From positions 2,592,001 through 2,656,000 of the forward strand of contig CBDFIJ010000004.1 of NCBI GenBank assembly GCA_965248055.1: 64,000 bases of DNA, read 5' to 3'. Below are positions 48,290-58,389 of the stretch, in pieces. A model generated the notes under the pieces. That model searched no databases. It saw only the letters and a list, made by a program, of their open reading frames with translations, and was not told where the DNA came from. The position numbers and the translations under genes were made by a program. Within the stretch, counting starts at the first letter, position 1. Every line of letters begins with the position of its first letter. Source of the DNA: Candidatus Multivoradales bacterium. GTDB lineage: Bacteria; Acidobacteriota; Thermoanaerobaculia; Multivoradales; JAHEKO01.

Positions 48290-48912
48290 TCGTCGAGTGC
48301 TTGCTCCGCAGCCAGTAGGACTTCGCGAGCGAAGTAGTAAGCGCGCGCCCGCGTTCGCCACCAAAAAATCAGTGTCATGAGAACGGCCAAGAGGAGCAGC
48401 TCGCAGCGAAAACTCGCGATCTGTTCTGAAGACCACCTGCAAAGAACGATGACGATGGTGAGTAAACTGCCGACAAGTAGACCCCGATGGTGTGCGTAGA
48501 GGCCGTTGAACACCCCGACTCGGCCTTTCTCGCCACCTGCCAGGGTCAGGGCGTAGAGAAAGAAGTCGTGATTTTCGCCCTTGAGGATCTTGTTCTTTAG
48601 CTTGTCGCGAATCCTTTTCGACGAAGCCGCGGGCAAGAAGTGTTTTCCGAATCGCGATTCGGAAAGCAACTGATCGGAGGGTGTGCCGCCCCAAGAGAGA
48701 AATAGCAGGGGTTCAATCAGGCTTCCGACGCCTTGAACGACCTGTCCGATGACGAGTGCGAATCCAGTAAGGATAAGGGTGAGAAACGACCCAGGCACTC
48801 CATCCAAGGTATCCTCGGGGTTGATTGGTAGCACCCAGATCAATACTCCTAGAATGAGGACACCCGGCAAAAGTACTCCGAGCACGTCGTAGTAGTTGAG
48901 CTTGCTAGTCAC
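48286..48912 (-). CDS. Hypothetical four-TM membrane protein
   Basis: AGGAG RBS before GTG; YYDVLGVLLPG, two TM pairs around a soluble loop ending FNGLYAHHRGL. Confidence 0.75.
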   Translation of the reverse strand: MTSKLNYYDVLGVLLPGVLILGVLIWVLPINPEDTLDGVPGSFLTLILTGFALVIGQVVQGVGSLIEPLLFLSWGGTPSDQLLSESRFGKHFLPAASSKRIRDKLKNKILKGENHDFFLYALTLAGGEKGRVGVFNGLYAHHRGLLVGSLLTIVIVLCRWSSEQIASFRCELLLLAVLMTLIFWWRTRARAYYFAREVLLAAEQALDE

Positions 48913-49149
48913 ACGTCTCTCCTGTTTCTTGAGAAATAGATACTTGCCTCGTCCCGGCTGCAGCTACCGGCTTCATGGGCAGATGCGCGGATCGAAAACG
49001 TCACGACGGCATCGAATCAACACGATCTCCTTCCTTAGACCCAGATGTCGCAGGTAGGTACATCTCGCAGGCTGCGAGGCCGAGTCAGAGCTAGCAAATA
49101 GCCTGATCACTGTAGCACAGGGCGATTGCCCAGCGCGATTGGCAGGTGC

Positions 49150-50526
49150 TTATGGGCCGAGCGGTTCGAAGACGGCGCTGAAGTGGCGCAAGGCCGGCGG
49201 CTGCTCGACAATCCGCACGCCGTGGAGCTGTTCTCGGCGTCGATAGATTGCGAGCAGGGTGTCGACCACGTAGTCGATCTGGCTTTGTGTATAGACGCGC
49301 CGTGGAATCGCCAGTCGCACCAACTCGTGGGGAGCTGAGGTCTCTTTACCGGTTTCTGGATCCCTTGAGCCAAACATCACCGAGCCGACTTCAACGCTAC
49401 GAATACCTCCAGCCAGATACAGCTCCAGCGCCAAAGCTTGGCCGGGAAATTCAGACACTGGGATATGCGGCAGCATGGCTTCAGCATCAATGTAGATGGC
49501 GTGCCCACCTGGGGGCTGAACGATTGGCACGCCTTGAGAGGCGATGTGCTCACCCAGGTAGCGGGTCGAAGCAGCGCGGTAGGTCTGGTAGTCCTGGTCC
49601 AGAGCCTCATAGAGACCGACAGCGATCGCTTCCAGGTCCCTCCCGGCGAGACCGCCGTAGGTGGGGAAACCCTCGGTCAAGATCAAGACTTCTTTCTCCC
49701 GTCGTGCCAGGGCGTCGTCATTGGAGCATAGGAATCCGCCGATATTGGCCATCCCGTCCTTTTTAGCGCTCATGGTGCAGCCGTCAGCGTAGGAGAAAAT
49801 CTCGCGGGCGATCTCAATCAGAGGTCGGTCGCGGTGCTCAGGCGTGCGCTGCTGAATGAAGAACGAGTTCTCCGCGAAACGACAAGCGTCGACATAGAAG
49901 GGAACTTCACGCTCGCGACAAATGGCGGAAGCTGCCGCGATGTTCTCCATCGAGGCTGGCTGACCGCCACCGCCGTTGTTGGTGATCGTGATCATGGCAA
50001 AGGGCACTTTGCCTGGGTTCTCGTCAAGACAAGTCTCGAGAGCCTCCAAATCGATATTTCCTTTGAAAGGGAAGGGCTGTGATAGATCATCGCCCTCTTT
50101 GCAGGGCAGATCCAGGGCCACGGTTCCGGTGGCTTCAATGTTGGCGCGGGTGGTATCGAAGTGGGTGTTGTTGGGGACCACATGGCCGGGTCGACACAAG
50201 GTGGTCGCCAGGATGCGCTCGGCGGCCCGCCCTTGATGGGTGGGGATCACGTGGCGAAAACCGGTGATATCGCGTACCGCGTTCTCAAATCGCCCGAAAC
50301 TGGCGCCACCGGCGTAGGATTCGTCGCCGCGCATCATTGCCGACCACTGCTCGGAACTCATGGCCCCGGTGCCGCTGTCGGTGAGCAGATCAATGATGAT
50401 CGCCGACGCTGGGACTTTGAACAGGTTGTATCCAGCTTCGACTAGTGCCGCCCGTCGCTCCTCAACCGTACTCATGCGAATCGGTTCGACGACTTTGATG
50501 CGAAACGGCTCGATGATGTTGGGCAT
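49150..50526 (-). CDS. tnaA: Tryptophanase
   Basis: EPFRIKVVE, DLLTDSGT, GDESYAG, MSAKKDG (PLP Lys), TYGGLAGRD; C-terminal LRHF favours tryptophanase over tyrosine phenol-lyase (LRFF). Confidence 0.88.
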   Translation of the reverse strand: MPNIIEPFRIKVVEPIRMSTVEERRAALVEAGYNLFKVPASAIIIDLLTDSGTGAMSSEQWSAMMRGDESYAGGASFGRFENAVRDITGFRHVIPTHQGRAAERILATTLCRPGHVVPNNTHFDTTRANIEATGTVALDLPCKEGDDLSQPFPFKGNIDLEALETCLDENPGKVPFAMITITNNGGGGQPASMENIAAASAICREREVPFYVDACRFAENSFFIQQRTPEHRDRPLIEIAREIFSYADGCTMSAKKDGMANIGGFLCSNDDALARREKEVLILTEGFPTYGGLAGRDLEAIAVGLYEALDQDYQTYRAASTRYLGEHIASQGVPIVQPPGGHAIYIDAEAMLPHIPVSEFPGQALALELYLAGGIRSVEVGSVMFGSRDPETGKETSAPHELVRLAIPRRVYTQSQIDYVVDTLLAIYRRREQLHGVRIVEQPPALRHFSAVFEPLGP

Positions 50527-50578
50527 GAGGTGCGGGTTCCAGGTTGAAAAAAGGAATGCTTTGTTGGTGTGATTTCGA

Positions 50579-51169
50579 TTAGGGGTAGAGCATCGATTTA
50601 TCCCATCCGTCTGTGTTCTTATCGAACACCGTGCGCTTGTGCAGTCGAAATGCCCCGGCTTTCCAAAATTCGATGCACGACGGATTCACTCGAAAACCTG
50701 ACCAGTGCGGTGGTCTCGGAACTTGAGCCCCGGCGAACTTGGCTTCGAAACGGGCAGCTTGCGCCAATAACTCGGCGCGGTTGCTCAAGGGACGACTTTG
50801 GCTTGATGCCCAGGCGCCGACCTGAGACATCCTGTCTCGAGAAGCGAAGTAGGCGTCCGCTTCCTGGTCGGACACGAGTTCCACCGACCCTTCAATGCGC
50901 ACTTGTCGATCCAGTTGCCGCCAATAAAACAGCAGGCTGACCTGGGGATTGGATTGAAGGTCTACGGCTTTACGGCTCTCAAGATTGGTATAAAACACGA
51001 ACCCCGATGGATCGAACCCTTTGAGTAGCACCATGCGCGAACTCGGGCGTCCTTGAGAGTCAACAGTACTCAAGGTCATGCCGTTGGCGTTGGGGATTTC
51101 CGCAGAGATCGCGCGATCCAAGAGTCTTTGGAAGCGCGCGATGGGATCGTTTTTTTTGTTCTCCGTCAT
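50579..51169 (-). CDS. pdxH: Pyridoxamine 5'-phosphate oxidase
   Basis: RMVLLKG, FYTNLESRK, RQVRIEG, SQVGAWASSQS, IEFW...RLHKR. Confidence 0.95.
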   Translation of the reverse strand: MTENKKNDPIARFQRLLDRAISAEIPNANGMTLSTVDSQGRPSSRMVLLKGFDPSGFVFYTNLESRKAVDLQSNPQVSLLFYWRQLDRQVRIEGSVELVSDQEADAYFASRDRMSQVGAWASSQSRPLSNRAELLAQAARFEAKFAGAQVPRPPHWSGFRVNPSCIEFWKAGAFRLHKRTVFDKNTDGWDKSMLYP

Positions 51170-51179
51170 GGTCTCCAGT

Positions 51180-52196
51180 CTAGGCGATACTCCGGTCGGG
51201 GTCCGCATTGCGCCAACTTTGCAGTAGCTTGATGTAGTTGACGCGCCGATAAGCGTTGGGGTCAGGGCAGCGTTCCAAACTCAAGGCGCCGCGCAGCCCA
51301 TCCAGGGATTGATACTCGTTCTCTTCCAGCCACTCTTGGAACTGCCGCAAGATGGTAGTCAATGCTTGCGGTCCTTGGCGAAGCACTGGAGAAACTACCT
51401 GGACCGCGTCAGCTCCGCAGGAGATCGCCTTGATTGCAGCCTCTCCGGAGTCGATTCCTCCGGTCGCTGCCAAAGAGCTTTCGGTTCGCCCGTAGAGGAT
51501 CGCCAACCAAGTGAGCCGCAACGGTAGTTCTTCTGGCGACGACAGGTGCAGGCGACGCTCGACTTCCAGGGTCAGAGGGTCGACATCCGGCTGAAAGAAT
51601 CGATTGAACAGAATCAGGCCATCGGCTCCGGCCTCAACCAGCCGTTGAGCCAAATTCGCCAACGAGCTGTAGAACGGCGCGAGCTTGACGGCGACCGGGA
51701 TTTTGACCCTCTGTTTGACCTCACTCACCATATTGATCAGCTCATTCTCGACCTCTTCTGCGGTCCGATCCCCAGAGGTCACCACCTGGTAGTTGTTGAG
51801 TTCCAGTGCTGCAGCGCCAGCTTCTTCGATGGCCATTGCATAATTCAGCCAGCGCCCGGCGCGGGTACCGTTGAGCGAGGCAATGACCGGCAGGTCAACG
51901 GCTTGGCGTATCTGTCGCACTTGCTCGACGTACTCGTCGGGTCCCAGGATGAAGGCCTCGGGCTCTGGTAGAAACGACATCGCTTCGGCGAACGACTCCA
52001 TCGGTGAATCAAAAGCATGCATCGAGGACACTTGCTCTTGTTCGATCTGCTCCTCAAATAATGAGGGCATGACGATGGCTGCAGAACCGGCGTCCTCCAG
52101 TTGGCGGACTTGGTCGAGATCGTCCGACAGCGGGGAAGCCCCTACCATCAGTGGATGGGCCAGTTCGATTCCAAGGTACTTGGTGGTCAGGTTCAT
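51180..52196 (-). CDS. Dihydroorotate dehydrogenase-like flavoprotein (nifJ-associated)
   Basis: SLFEEQI, PVIASLNG, IPVAVKL, LFNRFFQPD, ATGG; overlaps the nifJ stop. Confidence 0.88.
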   Translation of the reverse strand: MNLTTKYLGIELAHPLMVGASPLSDDLDQVRQLEDAGSAAIVMPSLFEEQIEQEQVSSMHAFDSPMESFAEAMSFLPEPEAFILGPDEYVEQVRQIRQAVDLPVIASLNGTRAGRWLNYAMAIEEAGAAALELNNYQVVTSGDRTAEEVENELINMVSEVKQRVKIPVAVKLAPFYSSLANLAQRLVEAGADGLILFNRFFQPDVDPLTLEVERRLHLSSPEELPLRLTWLAILYGRTESSLAATGGIDSGEAAIKAISCGADAVQVVSPVLRQGPQALTTILRQFQEWLEENEYQSLDGLRGALSLERCPDPNAYRRVNYIKLLQSWRNADPDRSIA

Positions 52197-55100
52197 GTTG
52201 AACCCCCTGCGGTTTCTTCTTCTGCGTCCAGGGTCAACCCAGCGAGTTGCTGGTAGACGTGCCAACGACGGTCGGCCGAGTGCTGAGCTTGGTCCATCAG
52301 GCTACGGTAACGATCCTTGTCTTGTCGTTCAACGATACGAAAACGGGCCTCGTGTTGGGTGAATGAAGACACCGGAGCAGAAGGAGCTTTGGAATCCAGT
52401 TGCAGGGGTGGCTTACCTTCGGCGCTTCGCCGCGGGTCGAAGCGGTAGAGCGGCCACAGCCCGGAGGCTACTAAGCGCTTCTGTTGTTCGACGTTTTGCG
52501 AAAGGTCGTAGCCGTGGGCGATACAGGGGCTGTAGGCGATCACCAGGGAGGGCCCGGGGTAGGCCTCGGCCTCCGAAAGTACTTGCACCACCTGGTTGTA
52601 CTTGGCGCCAAAGGCCACTTGGGCGACATAGACGTGCCCGTAGGCCATCGCTTCCATCCCCAGATCCTTCTTGCCGACTTCTTTGCCCAAAGTGGCGAAC
52701 TTGGCGGCAGCTCCGAGGGGTGTTGCCTTGGACTGCTGACCCCCGGTGTTGGAGTAGACCTCGGTGTCGAGCACCAGTACGTTGATGTTGCGTCCCAGAG
52801 CCAGTACGTGGTCGAGGCCACCGTAGCCGATGTCATAAGCCCATCCGTCGCCACCGACCAACCAGACACTTTTTGGAACCAAGTAATCTGCGACAGATTC
52901 CAACTGTCGGGCCAAAGGATCGTCAAGCTCGGCTAGGCTTTGCTTCACTTGAGCGACATATTGCCGGGCTAGGTCGATATCCAAATCGTCGTCTCCCAAC
53001 AGCGTGCGGGTTGCTTCTGGCTCAAGTTGATCCTGAAGCTGATGTAACAGGTGACGCGCCAAGCGTTGGTTGGTCTCCACCCCCAAGCGCATACCCAGGC
53101 CGAACTCGGCGTTGTCTTCAAACAACGAGTTGGACCAGGCTGGGCCGCGTCCGTGGTCGTTGACGGTATAGGGCGTGGTGGGCAGGTTGCCGCCGTAGAT
53201 CGAGGAGCAACCGGTAGCGTTAGCGATCAACAGCCGGTCGCCGAAGAGCTGGGTCAGAAGCTTGAGGTAAGGCGTCTCACCACAGCCAGCACAGGCACCG
53301 GAGTACTCAAACAAAGGCTGAAGAAACTGGGAACCTTTGGCGTCGACCCGAGAGATTTGATCGATGGTTCGCTCTGGCAGGCTGAGAAAGAAGTCATAGT
53401 TTTGGCGTTCCCGGTCGCGCACCCGCAGTTGAGGGTGCATATTGATCGCCTTGCGGCGCGGGTTGGCGCGATCCTTTGCCGGGCAGATTTCGACGCACAA
53501 CCTGCAGCCGGTGCAGTCTTCTGGAGCGACTTGTATAGTGAAGGCATTACCACGTAGATCAGCAGCGTTGTAGTCGATGGACAGAAAGCTGTCGGGGGCA
53601 TCCGACAAACATGCAGGGTCGTAGGCTTTGGCGCGAATCGCGGCGTGCGGGCACACCAGGACGCACTGGTTGCATTGGATACAGACTTCCGGCTCCCAAA
53701 GCGGAATTGAGGTCGCGATGTTGCGCTTCTCCCACTGGCTGGTGCCGGTGGGCCAAGTGCCGTCGACCGGGAAAGCAGAGACCGGAAGCAGGTCGCCCTT
53801 CTGCGCCAACATCACCGCGGTGATTTTTTGCACGAAGTCTGGGGCGTTCTCAGAAACCAGCGGAGGTTTGGGTTTGCCGTTGACGCTACGCCCTGTGAGA
53901 TCGACTTCCTTCAAGGCGCTGAAGGTGGCCTCGATCGCGGCGTGATTGCGCTCGACTAGCACCGGTCCCCGTTTGCCGTAAGTCTTGGTGACCGCATTGC
54001 GGACACATTCCACAGCCTTGTCAAAGGGCAGAACTCCAGCCAGAGCAAAGAAGGCTGTCTGCATCACCGTGTTGATGCGTGGTCCGAGGCTGGCTTCCTG
54101 GGCGACTTGGTAGGCGTCCACCACATGAAACTTCAGGCCTTTGTCGAGAATTTGCGTCTGGGCTTCGCGTGAAAGCTGTTCCCAGACTTGATCCTTGGCG
54201 AAAGGAGAATTGAGGAGAAAGACTCCGCCTTCAGTGGCCACTTCCAGGATGTCCAGACTATCCAGGAATTCAAACTGATGACAGGCAACGAAGTCGGCTT
54301 GGCGGACTAGGTAGGGCGAACGGATTGGATCTGGCCCAAAACGCAGATGCGAGACGGTAATTGCTCCTGCCTTTTTGGAGTCGTAGACAAAGTATCCCTG
54401 CACCTCAAGATCGGTTTCCTCACCTAGGATCTTGATGGTGTTCTTGTTGGCGCTGACCGTTCCGTCAGAGCCCAGACCGTAAAACACCGCACGGGTGCGA
54501 CCGGCTGCCTCGCTTCCGTCCCATTCCACCTCCGGTAGGGAGGTGTGGGTCACGTCGTCGACGATGCCCACGGTAAACGCTCGTTGAGGTTGCTGCTGAG
54601 CTAGATTGTTAAATACCGCTTCAACATGGCCGGGATGAAATTCCTTGGAAGATAGACCAAAGCGGCCGCCGATGACTTTCGGTCGGCTTTGCCAGCTGGC
54701 CCACCCCATGGCTTCTGCCGTGTCGATGGCCGAAACCACATCGAGGTATAACGGGTCACCAGGAGCGCCAGGCTCTTTGGTGCGATCCAGAACGCCGACT
54801 GTCGCGACAGACTTGGGTAGGGTGCGAGTGAAGCTTTCGACATCAAACGGGCGGTACAACCGTACCTTGACCAAGCCGACCCGCTCTCCGCGACCCACCA
54901 TGTCTTCGATTCGCTCGATCGCGGTTTCGCAACCAGAGCCCATCATCACCACCACCCGCTCTGCCTCTGGATGACCGTGATACTCGAACAAGTCGTATCT
55001 GCGACCGGTGAGTTGATGAAATTCGACCATCGTCTGGCGCACGATCTCGACACACTGCAGGTAGTAGAGGTTGGCGGCTTCCCGTGCCTGAAAAAAAGTA

Positions 55101-55786
55101 TCTGGGTTTTGTGCCGTGCCCCTGATCACCGGACGGTCTGGGGTCAGAGCACGATTGCGGTGGGCGATGATGGCTTCGGGGTCGAGCAGTTCAAGTAACG
55201 CGTCGTCACTCACCATTTCAATGCGTTGTAACTCGTGCGAAGTGCGGAAGCCGTCGAAGAAATGCATGAACGGTATTCGGCTACGGAGGGTCGCGGAGTG
55301 GGCCACCGCTGCCATGTCATGGGCCTCCTGGGGCGAGGAAGCGGCAAGCATGGCGAAGCCAGTCTGGCGCGCAGCCATGACATCGGAATGATCGGCAAAG
55401 ATCGACAGCGCGTGGGTCGCTAGAGTACGTGCAGCGACGTGCAACACGAATGGCGTCAATTCACCGGCAATCTTGTACATGTTGGGGATCATCAACAGCA
55501 AGCCTTGGGAGGCGGTGAAAGTGGTCGCCAGCGCGCCAGCCTGTAGGCCGCCATGCACCGTGCCAGCGGCTCCGCCTTCGGACTGCATCTCCACCACTTC
55601 GGGTACCTGTCCCCACAGATTCCTTTGCTGGTGGGCGGCCCAGGTGTCCGACAGCTCGCCCATCGGCGAGGCGGGCGTGATCGGGTAGATCGCGATCAGT
55701 TCACTGGCGCGGTAGGCGATCGACGCGGCTGCTTCGTTACCGTCGATAATTCTCTGTTGAGGGTTCTGTTGTCTTGTCTTACTCAC
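52193..55786 (-). CDS. nifJ: Pyruvate:ferredoxin (flavodoxin) oxidoreductase
   Basis: DGNEAAA, YPITP, MQSEGGAAG, two ferredoxin motifs, GACAGCGE, GGDGWAYDIG; GTG start overlaps the upstream stop. Confidence 0.96.
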   Translation of the reverse strand: MSKTRQQNPQQRIIDGNEAAASIAYRASELIAIYPITPASPMGELSDTWAAHQQRNLWGQVPEVVEMQSEGGAAGTVHGGLQAGALATTFTASQGLLLMIPNMYKIAGELTPFVLHVAARTLATHALSIFADHSDVMAARQTGFAMLAASSPQEAHDMAAVAHSATLRSRIPFMHFFDGFRTSHELQRIEMVSDDALLELLDPEAIIAHRNRALTPDRPVIRGTAQNPDTFFQAREAANLYYLQCVEIVRQTMVEFHQLTGRRYDLFEYHGHPEAERVVVMMGSGCETAIERIEDMVGRGERVGLVKVRLYRPFDVESFTRTLPKSVATVGVLDRTKEPGAPGDPLYLDVVSAIDTAEAMGWASWQSRPKVIGGRFGLSSKEFHPGHVEAVFNNLAQQQPQRAFTVGIVDDVTHTSLPEVEWDGSEAAGRTRAVFYGLGSDGTVSANKNTIKILGEETDLEVQGYFVYDSKKAGAITVSHLRFGPDPIRSPYLVRQADFVACHQFEFLDSLDILEVATEGGVFLLNSPFAKDQVWEQLSREAQTQILDKGLKFHVVDAYQVAQEASLGPRINTVMQTAFFALAGVLPFDKAVECVRNAVTKTYGKRGPVLVERNHAAIEATFSALKEVDLTGRSVNGKPKPPLVSENAPDFVQKITAVMLAQKGDLLPVSAFPVDGTWPTGTSQWEKRNIATSIPLWEPEVCIQCNQCVLVCPHAAIRAKAYDPACLSDAPDSFLSIDYNAADLRGNAFTIQVAPEDCTGCRLCVEICPAKDRANPRRKAINMHPQLRVRDRERQNYDFFLSLPERTIDQISRVDAKGSQFLQPLFEYSGACAGCGETPYLKLLTQLFGDRLLIANATGCSSIYGGNLPTTPYTVNDHGRGPAWSNSLFEDNAEFGLGMRLGVETNQRLARHLLHQLQDQLEPEATRTLLGDDDLDIDLARQYVAQVKQSLAELDDPLARQLESVADYLVPKSVWLVGGDGWAYDIGYGGLDHVLALGRNINVLVLDTEVYSNTGGQQSKATPLGAAAKFATLGKEVGKKDLGMEAMAYGHVYVAQVAFGAKYNQVVQVLSEAEAYPGPSLVIAYSPCIAHGYDLSQNVEQQKRLVASGLWPLYRFDPRRSAEGKPPLQLDSKAPSAPVSSFTQHEARFRIVERQDKDRYRSLMDQAQHSADRRWHVYQQLAGLTLDAEEETAGGST

Positions 55787-56508
55787 TCTTTCACCGCTCC
55801 ATTCCACGCTTCCAAGGTTTCAACTACGGTCTCCAAGGAGCGCACGCGTGCCCAACGTTTGTTATCGCCTTCGACGATTGTCCATGGCGCCTGCGAGGTA
55901 CTGGTCTTGACCAGCATGTCTTGCACAGCCTCTTCGTATTCATCCCAGCGCTCCCGATTACGCCAATCTTCATCGGTCAGCTTCCAGCGCTTGTGCGCTC
56001 GTTGTTTACGCAGCTCGAAACGCTTTAACTGTTCTTCTTTGCTGATGTGAAACCAAAACTTGACGATCGAGGCTTTGGCATCTATCAACTGGCGTTCGAA
56101 GTCATTGATCTCGCGATAGGCGCGCTGCCACTCGTCTACCCGAGCAAAACCTTCCACACGCTCCACCAGAACCCGGCCATACCAGCTGCGGTCGAAGATC
56201 AGGATTTGTTTGTCGCTCGGCGGCGGCAGTTTGCGCCAGAAGCGCCACAGGTAGTGATGTGCGTTTTCCTCATCGGTCGGCGCAGCGTAGGTCAAGACAT
56301 GAAAGGAACGTGGGTCAAGACTTTCGGTCATGCGGCGAATGGCTCCGCCTTTGCCACCAGCGTCCCAGCCTTCAAACACCACCAGCAAGGTTCTTTGTTG
56401 TTTGTAGAGTTCGCGCGCGAGGTGCGAAAACCTAACTTGCAAGTCGCGCAGCCGTTGCGAGTATTCCGGTTCGTCTAGACGCAGGCTTAGGTCAACTTGG
56501 CCGAGCAT
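55783..56508 (-). CDS. Polyphosphate kinase 2 family protein
   Basis: FEGWDAGGKGG, FDRSWYGRVLVERVEG, KRWKLTDEDW. Confidence 0.92.
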   Translation of the reverse strand: MLGQVDLSLRLDEPEYSQRLRDLQVRFSHLARELYKQQRTLLVVFEGWDAGGKGGAIRRMTESLDPRSFHVLTYAAPTDEENAHHYLWRFWRKLPPPSDKQILIFDRSWYGRVLVERVEGFARVDEWQRAYREINDFERQLIDAKASIVKFWFHISKEEQLKRFELRKQRAHKRWKLTDEDWRNRERWDEYEEAVQDMLVKTSTSQAPWTIVEGDNKRWARVRSLETVVETLEAWNGAVKE

Positions 56509-56510
56509 GA

Positions 56511-57281
56511 TTAGTCACCCCCTTGGTCGCCAGATACCGAGTCGTCAAGAGAACGATCGATATCTGGTGCCCGCTGGGCGACAACCCCAGTCAGGGTCTC
56601 AATGATCTGCTCCAGGACTGCAACCGTGGCCCAACGGCGATCCGTGGCCGCGATGATGTGCCACGGCGCGTGCGGAAATTCGGTGTGCTGCAGTAATTCT
56701 TCGGTGGCAGCTAATCGCTGTTGGTAGCGACGAGGCTTATTCCAGCGACCCTCCAGGGCCTTCCAACTGGTACCCGGGTCCTCTTTCCAGGAGTCGTATC
56801 GTTCCAGCTGCTGCTCCCGGCTGATGTGGAGAAAGAACTTAACCGGAACGTAGCCATCGTCGCGCAGAGTGCGCTCAAAATCACCGATGTCGCGTAGGGC
56901 TCGACGCCAGCGCAGTTCGTCACAACCGTTGACCCGTTCTTCTACAGCTACTCGATTCCAGCTGCGATCGTAGATCGCCATCGAGCCATAGGCTGGGATC
57001 ATTCCCCAGAAACGCCACATCCACGGTAGGTCACGCTCGTGGGTACGGGGTTCGTCGGTGACGTGATGGAGATCGTAGCCGCGCGGTTCCAGGCGCGAGG
57101 TTAGACGCCGGATGACCGTGCCCTTGCCAGCGGCATCCCAGCCTTCGAGCACCAGCATGGTTGGGACCTTGGACGCCCAACACGCGCGCTGCAGTTGCCA
57201 AACCCGTTTCTGTAGCTTCTTGAGCCGTTGCGAATAGTCCTCTTTGCTGAGGGAGGGGCTGAGGTCGATTACTTCAAGCAT
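56511..57281 (-). CDS. Polyphosphate kinase 2 family protein (more divergent copy)
   Basis: LEGWDAAGKG, YDRSWN, KFFLHIS, APWHII. Confidence 0.88.
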   Translation of the reverse strand: MLEVIDLSPSLSKEDYSQRLKKLQKRVWQLQRACWASKVPTMLVLEGWDAAGKGTVIRRLTSRLEPRGYDLHHVTDEPRTHERDLPWMWRFWGMIPAYGSMAIYDRSWNRVAVEERVNGCDELRWRRALRDIGDFERTLRDDGYVPVKFFLHISREQQLERYDSWKEDPGTSWKALEGRWNKPRRYQQRLAATEELLQHTEFPHAPWHIIAATDRRWATVAVLEQIIETLTGVVAQRAPDIDRSLDDSVSGDQGGD

Positions 57282-57441
57282 TTGTGGAGGTCTCCCACTG
57301 AAGAGTTTCCCATCGGCAGATGGTATTTACAAACACAAACGAACGGCAGATCGCTAGGCGCACAACTAGGCAACATGGCTGCGATTGACCGCGAAGTAGC
57401 GACAGAGCAACGGTCGAGAGTCGAGGGTTGTGTCTGTGAAA

Positions 57442-58389
57442 TCAGGTCGGATCCAAGAGCACCTTGAGAGTGCCTTGATGCGCCGCTTGGTCCAGGGCCT
57501 CTACAACCTGTTCTAGTGGATAGGTGGCGGCGATCATGGTGTCGATAGTGATCCGCCCTTTGCTGAGGCGTTCCAGTCCACGCTGCATCGAGCCACACCG
57601 CGAGCCCACCAGTCGAAGCTCGTTGACCACCACCTCAGAAGTGTCCAGCTCCAACGGCTGGGTATAAGTCGATTTGAGCACCAATTTTCCTCTTGGGCGC
57701 AAGCCACGGAGCGCGATTCCAGCTCCGTGGGGATTGCCGGTGCATTCAATGGCGACCGAGAACGAGTGTTCAGGAATCTCGCTCGCGACCAAGAATGCGA
57801 GATCGCCATGATGGGGGAGAACGTCAGGGTTGCTTTGTCGTTGGACGATGAAGACTCTCCTTCCGTCTGCCAACAGACATTGAGCGACCAAGAGACCGAG
57901 CTTTCCCGCGCCGACCACCAACACCGGATCGTCGTTTCCTGAGATCTCCTGAACGGCAGCGTCGGCAGCGGCCAGGGGTTCGGCGAATACCGCTTGGTGG
58001 TCTGAAACTTGGTCCGGCACCGGATACAAATTGGTGACCGGAAGCGCAACAATCTCGGCAAACGCCCCAGGTCGAGAGCGAATGCCCAAGACTTTGCGTT
58101 GCCTGCAGTGGTGGGGGTTGTTGCGCTGGCATTCACTGCACCCGCCACAGGCGATATTGATGTCGGCCACCACCCGACGTCCGACCAACCCCGGTGGTCC
58201 GTCGATGACAGTGCCGACAAACTCATGCCCTGGGATACCAGTGAAATCTGCGTAGCCCTCGAGGAGCTCCAGGTCGGTGTTGCAGATGCCCGCCAGTGAG
58301 ACTTGGATCAGCGCTTCGCCTTGGGCGGGAACCGGGTCATCCACAGAACGCAGTTCGGCTTTGCCCCCTTCGAACCACACTGCCCTCAT
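57442..58389 (-). CDS. Zinc-dependent MDR alcohol dehydrogenase
   Basis: GICNTD, GHEFVG, CGGCSEC...HC, GAGKLG. Confidence 0.92.
   Translation of the reverse strand: MRAVWFEGGKAELRSVDDPVPAQGEALIQVSLAGICNTDLELLEGYADFTGIPGHEFVGTVIDGPPGLVGRRVVADINIACGGCSECQRNNPHHCRQRKVLGIRSRPGAFAEIVALPVTNLYPVPDQVSDHQAVFAEPLAAADAAVQEISGNDDPVLVVGAGKLGLLVAQCLLADGRRVFIVQRQSNPDVLPHHGDLAFLVASEIPEHSFSVAIECTGNPHGAGIALRGLRPRGKLVLKSTYTQPLELDTSEVVVNELRLVGSRCGSMQRGLERLSKGRITIDTMIAATYPLEQVVEALDQAAHQGTLKVLLDPT

Noticed and set aside
48290-48694. N-terminal extension of the DUF2235 ORF in the ORF track
   Set aside because: It overlaps the membrane-protein gene; the ATGA-coupled start at 48289 with a signal peptide fits better.
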